NCBI GenBank assembly: GCA_963422395.1
Contig: OY729431.1
Location: 2,592,001-2,656,000, forward strand
DNA length: 64,000 nt
Direction of reading: 5' to 3'
Origin: Vicinamibacteria bacterium
GTDB taxonomy: Bacteria; Acidobacteriota; Vicinamibacteria; Marinacidobacterales; Marinacidobacteraceae
A program made the translations under genes and the position numbers. Positions within the stretch are counted from its first letter, which is position 1; each line of letters opens with the position of its first letter. Of this stretch, positions 56,150 to 64,000 are shown piece by piece. Under the pieces are notes generated by a model, which saw nothing but the letters and a program-made list of their open reading frames with translations, was not told where the DNA came from and did not search any database.

Positions 56150-58663
56150 GTGACTCCCGAAATGGACTCCGATCCGAACGCCGGCCGGAGCCCGAAGAAA
56201 CTACCGCCCGGAGAGACTTCCCTCACCGCTCCCGAGCGCCGCTCCGCCATTCGCTCGCTGGTCGCCGAGCTCGGCGGGGGCGCCCTGTTCTCCGGGATCA
56301 CCGCGCTGCGCCACTTTTCCGCCCAGCCCGCGGAATACCGCGACTTCCCCGAACACATCGCGGCGCCGCTCCGCGAAGCGTACCGAGAAAAGGGCGTGGA
56401 ACAGCTCTACTCGCACCAGCGCGAGGTGCTCGACCGGGTGGAGGACGGAGAGGATGTCGCGGTGGTCACTCCGACCGCCTCGGGGAAGACCCTCGCCTAC
56501 AACGCGCCGGTCCTGAACCGGATCCTTCGGGAGCCGGACGCCCGGGCGCTCTATCTCTTTCCCACGAAGGCACTGTCGCGCGACCAGCGGAAGGAACTCC
56601 TCGAGCTGAAGGACCTGCTCGGCGAGGACATCCGCGCCGAGGTCTATGACGGGGACACGCCGGCCGATGCCCGGCGCAGCCTGCGGGCGCGCGCGCACAT
56701 CGTGATCACGAACCCGGACATGCTCCACGCGGGCATCCTGCCCCACCACACGAAGTGGGCCAAGCTGTTCGAGAACCTCCGCCTGATCGTCATCGACGAG
56801 ATGCACACCTACCGGGGCGTGTTCGGAAGCCACCTCGCCAACCTGCTGCGCCGGCTTCGCCGGATCACCCGGTACTACGGCGCCGAGCCGCAGTTCCTCC
56901 TGAGTTCGGCCACCATCGCGAATCCGGGCGAGCTCGCCGAACGGCTGACCGAGCGGCGGGTCTCGCTCGTAACGCGGAGCGGCGCGCCGCGGCCGGAGCG
57001 GTTCTTCGTCTTCTACAACCCGCCGGTGGTGAACGCCGAGCTCGGCATCCGCCGTTCCGCCCTCGAGGAAGCGCGGCGCATCGCCCGCGGCTTCCTGAAG
57101 GGGAACCTGCAGACGATCGTCTTCGCCCGCTCGCGCAGCCACACCGAGATCCTCGTCAAATACCTGAAACGCGATCTCGAGACCCGGCCCGACCGGAGCG
57201 GCCTCATCCGCGGCTACCGCGGCGGCTATCTGCCGAAGAAGCGGCGCGAGATCGAGGACGGGATCAAGCGGGGCAGCGTCTTGGGAGTGGTCTCTACGAA
57301 CGCGCTGGAGCTCGGTATCGACATCGGCGGACTCGATGTGGCGGTGATCGCCGGCTATCCGGGGACGATCGCCTCGACCTGGCAGCAGGCGGGACGGGCG
57401 GGCCGCCGGGGCGGGACGGCGGCCGCAGTGCTCGTCGCGGGGTCCGCTCCCATCGACCAGTTCGTAATCCAGCACCCCGACTACTTCTTCGAAGGGAGCC
57501 CGGAACGCGGCCTCATCGATCCGGACAACTTGTCGATCTTGCTGGAACACCTGAAGTGCGCGGCGTTCGAGCTGCCCTTCCAGAAGGGCGAGACTTTCGG
57601 CAAGGAGGATCTCGAAGGGTTGCTCGAGGTGCTCGAGGAAGAGGAGATCCTCTATCGGTCCGGTGAGCGCTGGTTCTGGACTGCGGACTCCTATCCGGCG
57701 AACAGCGTGAGCCTCCGCTCCATCAGCTCCGACAACTTCGTGGTCCACGACCGGGAGAGCGGCCGGATCATCGGAGAAGTGGATTTCGTGAGCGCCCATT
57801 CGACACTGCACGAAAAGGCGATCTACCTGGTGGAGAGCGAGACCTGGTTCGTCGAACGTCTCGACCATCAGGGGCGCCGCGCCGAAGTGCGGAAGATCGA
57901 GAGCGACTACTACACCGATGCCGTAACCCACACCCGGGTGAGCGTCCTCGACCGCTTCGCCGCCTCCTCCGAATCGGCCGCCCCCGCCGCGCACGGCGAG
58001 GTGCATGTGCTGCAACAGGTGGTGGGCTTCAAGAAGATCCGATTCTTCACGGGGGAGATCGTCGGCTCCGGAGAGCTCGACCTGCCGGCCGTGGAGATGC
58101 ACACCACCGCGTTCTGGCTGGAGGCGCCAATCGAGGTGCTGCACGCCATCCCCTTCGGCCCCGAGGACCGGCGTGACGGCGTGCAGGGAATCCGAAGCGC
58201 CCTGCGCGCGGTCGCGGCGACCTTCCTCATGTGCGAGCCCGGAGACCTCGGCGCCGCCATCGGGAGCCGGGCGGACGAGGACCTCGCTGCCGACGATCCT
58301 CCAGAAGGAGCCGGCGGGTTGCTCGGGACGCCGCAGATCTTCATCTACGACGACTATCCGGGCGGCATCGGCTTTTCGGAACCGCTCTACGAGTCTCGCG
58401 CAGCGCTGCTGCGGGAGACACTGGGTCTCATCGAACGCTGCCCGTGCCAGGCCGGCTGCCCGTCGTGCGTCGGGCCGGTCGGAGAAGTGGGGCGGAACGG
58501 GAAGCGGGCGGCAGTGGCGATCCTGCGGGGCCTTCGAAACCAGCAGTCAGCGGGCAACGAGGTCGAGCCGGCCGAAGAACTTCCGGCTGGCGAAGCGGCG
58601 GCTCGGGGGATCGCCGCAGCCGGGAAGGGATCCGCCCCTGCCGCAGATCCCGCTGCCCCGTGA
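56150..58663 (+). CDS. DEAD/DEAH helicase with DUF1998 (MrfA/YprA-like)
   Basis: LYSHQ, TPTASGKT, FPTKAL, DEMH, SAT, ALELGIDIG, QQAGRAGR and C-terminal CEP.D..YD..GG.G..CPC..GCPSC. Confidence 0.93.
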   Translation: MTPEMDSDPNAGRSPKKLPPGETSLTAPERRSAIRSLVAELGGGALFSGITALRHFSAQPAEYRDFPEHIAAPLREAYREKGVEQLYSHQREVLDRVEDGEDVAVVTPTASGKTLAYNAPVLNRILREPDARALYLFPTKALSRDQRKELLELKDLLGEDIRAEVYDGDTPADARRSLRARAHIVITNPDMLHAGILPHHTKWAKLFENLRLIVIDEMHTYRGVFGSHLANLLRRLRRITRYYGAEPQFLLSSATIANPGELAERLTERRVSLVTRSGAPRPERFFVFYNPPVVNAELGIRRSALEEARRIARGFLKGNLQTIVFARSRSHTEILVKYLKRDLETRPDRSGLIRGYRGGYLPKKRREIEDGIKRGSVLGVVSTNALELGIDIGGLDVAVIAGYPGTIASTWQQAGRAGRRGGTAAAVLVAGSAPIDQFVIQHPDYFFEGSPERGLIDPDNLSILLEHLKCAAFELPFQKGETFGKEDLEGLLEVLEEEEILYRSGERWFWTADSYPANSVSLRSISSDNFVVHDRESGRIIGEVDFVSAHSTLHEKAIYLVESETWFVERLDHQGRRAEVRKIESDYYTDAVTHTRVSVLDRFAASSESAAPAAHGEVHVLQQVVGFKKIRFFTGEIVGSGELDLPAVEMHTTAFWLEAPIEVLHAIPFGPEDRRDGVQGIRSALRAVAATFLMCEPGDLGAAIGSRADEDLAADDPPEGAGGLLGTPQIFIYDDYPGGIGFSEPLYESRAALLRETLGLIERCPCQAGCPSCVGPVGEVGRNGKRAAVAILRGLRNQQSAGNEVEPAEELPAGEAAARGIAAAGKGSAPAADPAAP

Positions 58664-60162
58664 CCGAAGGCCGCCGCTCGCTCGCCGAACGGCTGGCCCG
58701 CCGCCAGGCACGCTTCCTGCCGGCGGTGGACCGGCGGGAGGAAGCGGAATCAGCACCGGCCCGCGAGGAACGATCGCTCCCGCCGCCCGGGGAAGAAGAT
58801 CCCGGCGGAGGCGGGGGCAGCATCGGGATCGGAGAGGAGAGTTCTGCCGACGAGACGAAAGCCGCCCGGCTGCGGCGGGCCCGCGCGCTGCTCCGGAATA
58901 CGGAACGAGGCTGGAAGGACCGCCGTCCTGCCCAGCCCCTTCCGGCTGGGTCCCTTCCGGCTAGACACCCGACGACCCGAACATCAGAGTCCGCCCGGCA
59001 CGCGGCATCCACCCGCCTTCCGCCTGCCGGCCGCCACCAAGAACCGTTTTCCCGTGAGGAACACGACTTCCCGCTCGCCGCCCGCTACGGCGGTGCCGCG
59101 GGCGGCGCCACCCTCGAGGGGCTCGCCGAAACCGGCGAACCGGCGACCGCCCGCCTCCAGATCCACCGGGAGCAGCCGGGGGTGGACTTCGCGCGAACCC
59201 TCTTCCTCGACACCGAGACCAGCGGGCTCGCCGGCGGCACCGGGACCTTCGCCTTCCTGGTGGGCGTCGGCCGGGTCGTGGGCGAGCAGTTCCGGATCAC
59301 CCAGCTCCTGCTCCAAGATCCCGGCGGCGAACGCGCCATGCTGGAACAGCTCGCCGCCCTCGCTGCCGACGGACCGGACCTCGTCACCTACAACGGGAAG
59401 GGCTTCGACCTGCCGCTGCTCGATACCCGCTTCGCCTTGAACGGCCTTCCGAATCCGCTCGCCGGGGCGCGCCACCTCGACTTGCTCCACCCGGCACGGC
59501 GGCTCTTCTTCGGGCGCCACGAGAGCGCGCGGCTCGGCGTCCTCGAGCGCGAGCTGCTCGGCGTGGAACGCGAGGACGACATCCCCGGTGACCAGATCCC
59601 CGGCATCTTCTTCGCCTCGCTGCGGAACGGGCCGCATCCGGCCATGGAATCGGTGCTGGCCCACAACCGCTACGACCTGCGCACCCTCGCCGCACTCGCG
59701 TTGCGGGCGGCCGAGCACACTGCGGCGGGTTGGAACAGCGACGATCCAGCCTATCTGCAGGGCGTCGGACACCACTTCTTCCGGCGCGGCGAGCCGGAGG
59801 CAGCGATTCCGCTGCTTTCGCAAGCCCTCGAAGCAGGGCTCACCGGCCCGAGCCGCGAGCGGTGCCTCCTCGACCTCGGCGAGCACCGCAAACGGAGCGG
59901 CGACTGGGAGGGCGCGCTGCGGCTCTGGGACCAGGTGCGGCCCGGCGACACCCGGGAGAAGCTCGAAGCCCTCGTCTGGTTCGCCAAGTGGGAAGAGCAC
60001 CGCCGAAAGGACCCTGCCGCTGCCCTCGCGCATGTCGAAGACGCGCTGGAGCTCCTTCCCCGCGTCGGGATGCAGTTCGGAACGGAGACTCGCTTTCGGC
60101 TCGAACTCGAAGAGCGCGCCCGTCGGCTGCGCGGAAAGCGGCGAAAGCTCAGCCGCCGCTGA
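58660..60162 (+). CDS. YprB/MrfB-like DEDD exonuclease (RNase_H_2) with TPR-like C-terminus
   Basis: FLDTETSGL, TYNGKGFDLP, HLDLLH, R.DDIPG and HN.YDL motifs; GTGA overlap with the helicase. Confidence 0.9.
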   Translation: MTEGRRSLAERLARRQARFLPAVDRREEAESAPAREERSLPPPGEEDPGGGGGSIGIGEESSADETKAARLRRARALLRNTERGWKDRRPAQPLPAGSLPARHPTTRTSESARHAASTRLPPAGRHQEPFSREEHDFPLAARYGGAAGGATLEGLAETGEPATARLQIHREQPGVDFARTLFLDTETSGLAGGTGTFAFLVGVGRVVGEQFRITQLLLQDPGGERAMLEQLAALAADGPDLVTYNGKGFDLPLLDTRFALNGLPNPLAGARHLDLLHPARRLFFGRHESARLGVLERELLGVEREDDIPGDQIPGIFFASLRNGPHPAMESVLAHNRYDLRTLAALALRAAEHTAAGWNSDDPAYLQGVGHHFFRRGEPEAAIPLLSQALEAGLTGPSRERCLLDLGEHRKRSGDWEGALRLWDQVRPGDTREKLEALVWFAKWEEHRRKDPAAALAHVEDALELLPRVGMQFGTETRFRLELEERARRLRGKRRKLSRR

Positions 60163-60424
60163 CCGGAGGCAGGAACGCCAGCTCGTCGCCGGGGTCGAGC
60201 AGCGTGTCCCGGGGGACGAAGCGGTGGTTCACCGCTACGCTGATCGAGGCGGCGAACGGCTCGAGCTCAGGATGCTCGCCGATCAGCCGCTCCCAGACCG
60301 CGGCGGCGGTGAGTCCGGGGCGGTACCCGATTTCGATCCGCCCTCGGCCCGCCGCTTCACGGGCGGCGGCGAAGAGCAGCACGCTCACGAGCGGCGTCCC
60401 GCGGGATCGGGCGAGTTCGGTCAT
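60149..60424 (-). CDS. moaD: Molybdopterin synthase sulfur carrier
   Basis: LFA..RE, VAVN and [13 protein letters not shown]-terminus. Confidence 0.93.
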   Translation of the reverse strand: MTELARSRGTPLVSVLLFAAAREAAGRGRIEIGYRPGLTAAAVWERLIGEHPELEPFAASISVAVNHRFVPRDTLLDPGDELAFLPPVSGG

Positions 60425-60852
60425 CCGGTCACCGGCTCCTTCGGCCCTTCCACCCAGACCTCGCCATCCTCGAAGAACTCCCGTTTCCAGATCGGCACGA
60501 TCCGCTTGATCTCGTTCATGGCGTGCTGTGCCGCCTCGAAGGCGCTGCGGCGGTGCGGCGCGGCGGCGGCCACCACAACGCTGGGCTCACCGATCCCGAC
60601 CCTACCGACGCGGTGGTGGATGCGCAGCCGTTCCACCCCGAACCGCTCGCGCACCTCCGCAGCGATCCCCCGGAGCACCGGAAGAGCCATCGCCTCGTAA
60701 GCCTCGTACTCGAGGTGGAGCACCTGTCGGCCCCGGTTCCGGCCGCGCGCGACGCCCGAGAACACCACCACCGCGCCGTCCTCGAAGGTCGCCAGACCGC
60801 TCCCGACAGCACGCTCGTCGAGCGGCTCGCCGGTGATGCGGAACCGCTCCAT
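60421..60852 (-). CDS. moaE: Molybdopterin synthase catalytic subunit
   Basis: GAVVVF.G..R, LEYEAY, HRVG, PHR..AF and K..VPIWK.E motifs. Confidence 0.95.
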   Translation of the reverse strand: MERFRITGEPLDERAVGSGLATFEDGAVVVFSGVARGRNRGRQVLHLEYEAYEAMALPVLRGIAAEVRERFGVERLRIHHRVGRVGIGEPSVVVAAAAPHRRSAFEAAQHAMNEIKRIVPIWKREFFEDGEVWVEGPKEPVTG

Positions 60853-61727
60853 CAGGCAGGCAACGGCAAGCGGGCGAGAGGAAGATGGGCCATCGGCCCG
60901 CGGCCCCGTCCGAGCGGTTCCGCGCGGAGCATCACTTCGCGCAGATATTCCCGGGCGCGCTCCACTGCTTCTCGAAGCGGCCGGCCGCGGGCGAGGTTCG
61001 CCGCCACCGCCGCGGACAGTGTGCACCCGGTTCCGTGGGTGGCCCGCGTCTCGATCCGGGAGCTGCGGAAGACCTGGCTCCCCTCCTGGTCGAGGAACAG
61101 ATCCACGATCTCGCCTCCCGCGAGGTGTCCGCCCTTCATCAACACTGCGGCCGCCCCCATACCGAGGAGGGTTTCGCCGGCGGCGCGCATCCCGGCCTCG
61201 TCTTCCACCGTCGCCCCGGTGAGATCGGCGGCCTCGGGGAGATTCGGAGTCAGCAGGGCCGCCCGCGGCAGGAGGTGTTCCCGGACCGCCCGCACCGCAT
61301 CGCCGGCGAGGAGCCGGTCGCCGGTCTTGGCGACCATCACCGGATCCACCACGATCGGCGGTGAGTTTTCTCCGAGCGCCTCGGAGACCGCTTCGATGAT
61401 CGCCGCCGAGGCGAGCATCCCGGTCTTGACGGCGGCCACCGGGAAGTCGCTCATCACCGCGTGGATCTGGGCCGAGACCAGCTCCGGCGTGATTTCCTGG
61501 ATCCCGGTCACCGCGACGGTGTTCTGCGCCGTGACCGCGGTGACCGCCGAGACTCCATGGACCTCGTGGGCGGCGAAGGTCTTGAGGTCCGCCTGGATGC
61601 CGGCCCCGCCGCCCGAATCCGACCCGGCGATCGTGAGCACGGCCGGCGTGTAACCGGCCGGCGGGGGACCGATCGGGGCGGCCACCGGGCTCGGCCCGCC
61701 CGGAGGCCGCCCCGAAGCGCGGTTCAC
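60852..61727 (-). CDS. thiD: HMP/HMP-P kinase
   Basis: [38 protein letters not shown] and THGTGCT motifs. GTG start by overlap. Confidence 0.95.
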   Translation of the reverse strand: MNRASGRPPGGPSPVAAPIGPPPAGYTPAVLTIAGSDSGGGAGIQADLKTFAAHEVHGVSAVTAVTAQNTVAVTGIQEITPELVSAQIHAVMSDFPVAAVKTGMLASAAIIEAVSEALGENSPPIVVDPVMVAKTGDRLLAGDAVRAVREHLLPRAALLTPNLPEAADLTGATVEDEAGMRAAGETLLGMGAAAVLMKGGHLAGGEIVDLFLDQEGSQVFRSSRIETRATHGTGCTLSAAVAANLARGRPLREAVERAREYLREVMLRAEPLGRGRGPMAHLPLARLPLPA

Positions 61728-63055
61728 GAGGAAGCGGAGCGGAACGAGAGCACCGCCACCGCATCCTCCCCCCACACGGCCGCCGCCGGCTGCCGATCGA
61801 GATGTTGCCCGTGCTCGTCCGCGATTTCGCGGTAGAGCACCAGGTGGAGCTCGCGGCCCGGGTCCAGCGCGGCGTGGGGGAGGACGACGAGGGTTCGGCT
61901 GCCGTCGTCGTAGGTCACTTCGAGGTCGGGGAACGGATTGGCATGGGGGGCGTCGGGATAGAGCAGATCCACCGCGGCGTGGAAGCTCCCCGCTGCCATC
62001 CGGTTCGAGAACTGCACCCGGAAACTGCTGTCGAGCGGGATCTCGCGCTCGCCGTCGAGCGGCAGCGAGAAAACGATCCGCAGGGGGCCGTATTCCTTCT
62101 CCCGCGCCTCCCGCTCGGCGACGCGGATGTCCACCGGTTCGAGGGAGTCGTCGTCCGGAGCCTCGGCGAGTTCGATGCGCTCGGCGCGGAGGTACACCAT
62201 CGCCTCCCGCCTCCACGGCCTGCCGTACACCCGGAGCCACTTCCCGGTGTCGCGGCGGCGCTTCGGGTCGAGCCGGAATCCCTCCCCCGCCGGACGCATC
62301 CCGGTGACCCAGATCGCATCCTCGGCGGTCTTGATCACGAAGTCGCGGGGGGTGCGCTTGTCTCGGATCGAGAGATCACCGAACAGATTGTTGCCGCGGA
62401 ACTTGCCGACGACCTCCACCCGGCGGCTCAGCCAGCGGTCCGGTGCGGCGGTCAACTCGGCGAGGCCGACGGGAACCGCGCTGCCGGGTTCGATGTCCAT
62501 CGCGGACCCGGCCTCCATGGCGGCCTTCGTCTCGCGTTCGCGCTCCGAGGCCAGGTCCTCGCTGGCTCCGATGGGGGTGACCGCCACGACGGCGAGGAAA
62601 CCCTGGGTGCGCGGATCCAGCGAGTCGCGGAACCAGGAGGGGTCCACCGGGTAATCCCGCAGGATGGGGTGCATCCGCAAGGTGTAGGCATCGAGCATCC
62701 GGGTCGAGAAGAACCAGCCCTCGACCTCCAGCTCACCCCCGCCGAGGAACGAAAGGCGGTTCGAACTGATGAAGGCCTCGGCCATCAGGATCTCCCGGCC
62801 GGGTTCTTCGGGATCTTCCAACACCTGAACCCGGTGATCGCTTCCGAAGGAGAAGCCGAGCTGCCCCCGGACCAGCACCGCGGTCTCGTGATACCTCCCC
62901 GGCAGCCGGGCGAGATCGGCCACCGACACCGCTTCGGGCTGGTCGGGGAAATAGCGGGACTGGCCGGCGGCGGGAAGTGCCACCGGACTCGCCAAAGCGG
63001 CCGCAGCGAGGCAGAACGCCGCCGTCTGCGCGGTCGGGAATCGGCTTGAGGACAC
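61724..63055 (-). CDS. Secreted protein with two OB-fold-like repeats and a C-terminal Ig-like (Big_5) domain
   Basis: Signal peptide; repeated VxxAxL...P..(Y/W)....V.V.G; FSLP.DGE..IP...VQFS..M Ig-like signature. Confidence 0.65.
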   Translation of the reverse strand: MSSSRFPTAQTAAFCLAAAALASPVALPAAGQSRYFPDQPEAVSVADLARLPGRYHETAVLVRGQLGFSFGSDHRVQVLEDPEEPGREILMAEAFISSNRLSFLGGGELEVEGWFFSTRMLDAYTLRMHPILRDYPVDPSWFRDSLDPRTQGFLAVVAVTPIGASEDLASERERETKAAMEAGSAMDIEPGSAVPVGLAELTAAPDRWLSRRVEVVGKFRGNNLFGDLSIRDKRTPRDFVIKTAEDAIWVTGMRPAGEGFRLDPKRRRDTGKWLRVYGRPWRREAMVYLRAERIELAEAPDDDSLEPVDIRVAEREAREKEYGPLRIVFSLPLDGEREIPLDSSFRVQFSNRMAAGSFHAAVDLLYPDAPHANPFPDLEVTYDDGSRTLVVLPHAALDPGRELHLVLYREIADEHGQHLDRQPAAAVWGEDAVAVLSFRSASS

Positions 63056-63160
63056 GAAAACGGGGCCGATTCCGCATCCTACCAGCCCGGGGACGAAGTC
63101 ACCCGGCCAAAGGCCGGCGATGCCCAGTTCTCCCGGTGGGGGCCCCGGCGGACCGCCCCG

Positions 63161-63722
63161 CTACGGAAGGCGCGCATACTCTATCCACAGTAGTTTTTCG
63201 CCGGCGTCTTGGCCGGTGCGGATGAAAGAGACCGGATAGTCGGGAAGCGTGCGCTCCGCGGCGCATCTCCCGTCCACCAGGAATCCTTGTTCGTAGAAGT
63301 CGAAATCCAGATTCACGAAGCCGTATTGCCGGCGATGCTCGGGGAGGCCGGCCGGATCTTTCGGGAAGATGTGCAAGAAGAACGGGGCGGCCACATCGGC
63401 AGCTACGCAATCACCGAGGTAGAGGAGCCGCCGCCCGCTGCCGTCGAGATGCACTTCGAGCAGCGAAAAGAAAAGCGATACCGCCGAAAACATAGAGCTA
63501 GCGGCGAGAGGGTCGTCGTGCCCAGCCGGCCGTGGCGAACAGCGGCAAACTGCTCGCGAAGAGCAGAGCAGCGGTGAGATTCTCCGTCAAACCGTCTTCC
63601 CGGCTCAGCATGTCGTGACCCCACGGGTCGACGACATTCAGGTAGCTGAAGAAAAGCAGGTTGAGGCAGAGAAAACGAGTAAACCGAAACCGGCGAGTTT
63701 GCCGTCGCCGCCGAGAACGCAT
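63161..63722 (-). pseudogene. Disrupted membrane protein with a C-terminal FFLH..P...GF.NLDF...LPDY..IRTGQ domain
   Basis: The TM frame continues past TAG at 63498 (LYVFGGIAFLFAA). The soluble domain then continues in another frame. Confidence 0.6.
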
Positions 63723-63894
63723 GTTTCGGGGGGGATCAGGCGCAAGGGCGCATCAGGCCGGAGGCAGTTGGGCGAACCAGAATTCGAATCGAAGATTCGA
63801 TCGGGAAGTTCCGGCGTGACACTCGGTTTTCAAGGGACGACGAGGAGGATGGCGGGGCGTCCGACAGGCCGCATTCCGAATTCGGACCGCACGA

Positions 63895-64000
63895 TCAGGG
63901 GTCGATGAGCAGCAGCTCCTGCTGCGGAGGAAGGAGCCAGGCGACGCCCTCTTCGGTGATCTGTGCAGTCTCCTCGAATCGGGCATACCAGGTCTTGCCG
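63895..64000 (-). CDS. C-terminus of a probable M24 (Xaa-Pro) metallopeptidase, partial
   Basis: Manual translation ..ARFEETAQITEEGVAWLLPPQQELLLIDP* resembles M24 C-termini; only ~34 codons are visible. Confidence 0.55.
   Translation of the reverse strand, partial: GKTWYARFEETAQITEEGVAWLLPPQQELLLIDP

Noticed and set aside
55998-60162. Genomic island integrated at selC or another tRNA
   Set aside because: No integrase, no duplicated tRNA 3' end seen in the window, and native-looking composition.
1-64000. Selenoprotein genes, prompted by selC
   Set aside because: I found no in-frame TGA aligning to a conserved Cys in the recognised genes. A dedicated SECIS search was not possible.

Overview
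This is a very GC-rich, gene-dense chromosomal window. Its gene content (GWxTD protein, Oar-type TonB-dependent receptors, ASPIC/UnbV and multiheme-TPR proteins) suggests Acidobacteriota, possibly host-associated; that assignment is inference. From left to right, the minus strand carries the dcw cluster (mraZ-rsmH-ftsL-ftsI-murE-murF-mraY-murD-ftsW, with MraZ boxes), a motif-degenerate ychF, a topoisomerase IV-like A-then-B pair, glyA-dinG-yggS and nfuA-lptD-DUF92-ubiA. A plus-strand envelope cluster follows: ASPIC/UnbV, TPR, a TonB-dependent receptor behind a sigma54 promoter, a 7-heme cytochrome c-TPR lipoprotein and an NHL lipoprotein. Next come a ~294-bp highly structured tandem repeat beside tRNA-Ser, three tRNAs, a second TonB-dependent receptor, and an OM-barrel/PDZ histidine kinase/sigma54 regulator/GWxTD run. 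The right end holds eno-GNAT, a secreted hydrolase, a TRAP transporter, tRNA-Ala and tRNA-Sec, mrfAB-like repair genes, thiD-moaE-moaD, a pseudogene and a partial M24 peptidase. I found no integrase, transposase or CRISPR array. The most interesting items are the structured repeat with compensatory changes, the ASPIC-TPR-TBDR-multiheme-NHL module with its sigma54 link, and the lptD-DUF92-UbiA prenylation unit. All calls come from reading motifs by eye; no searches were run.
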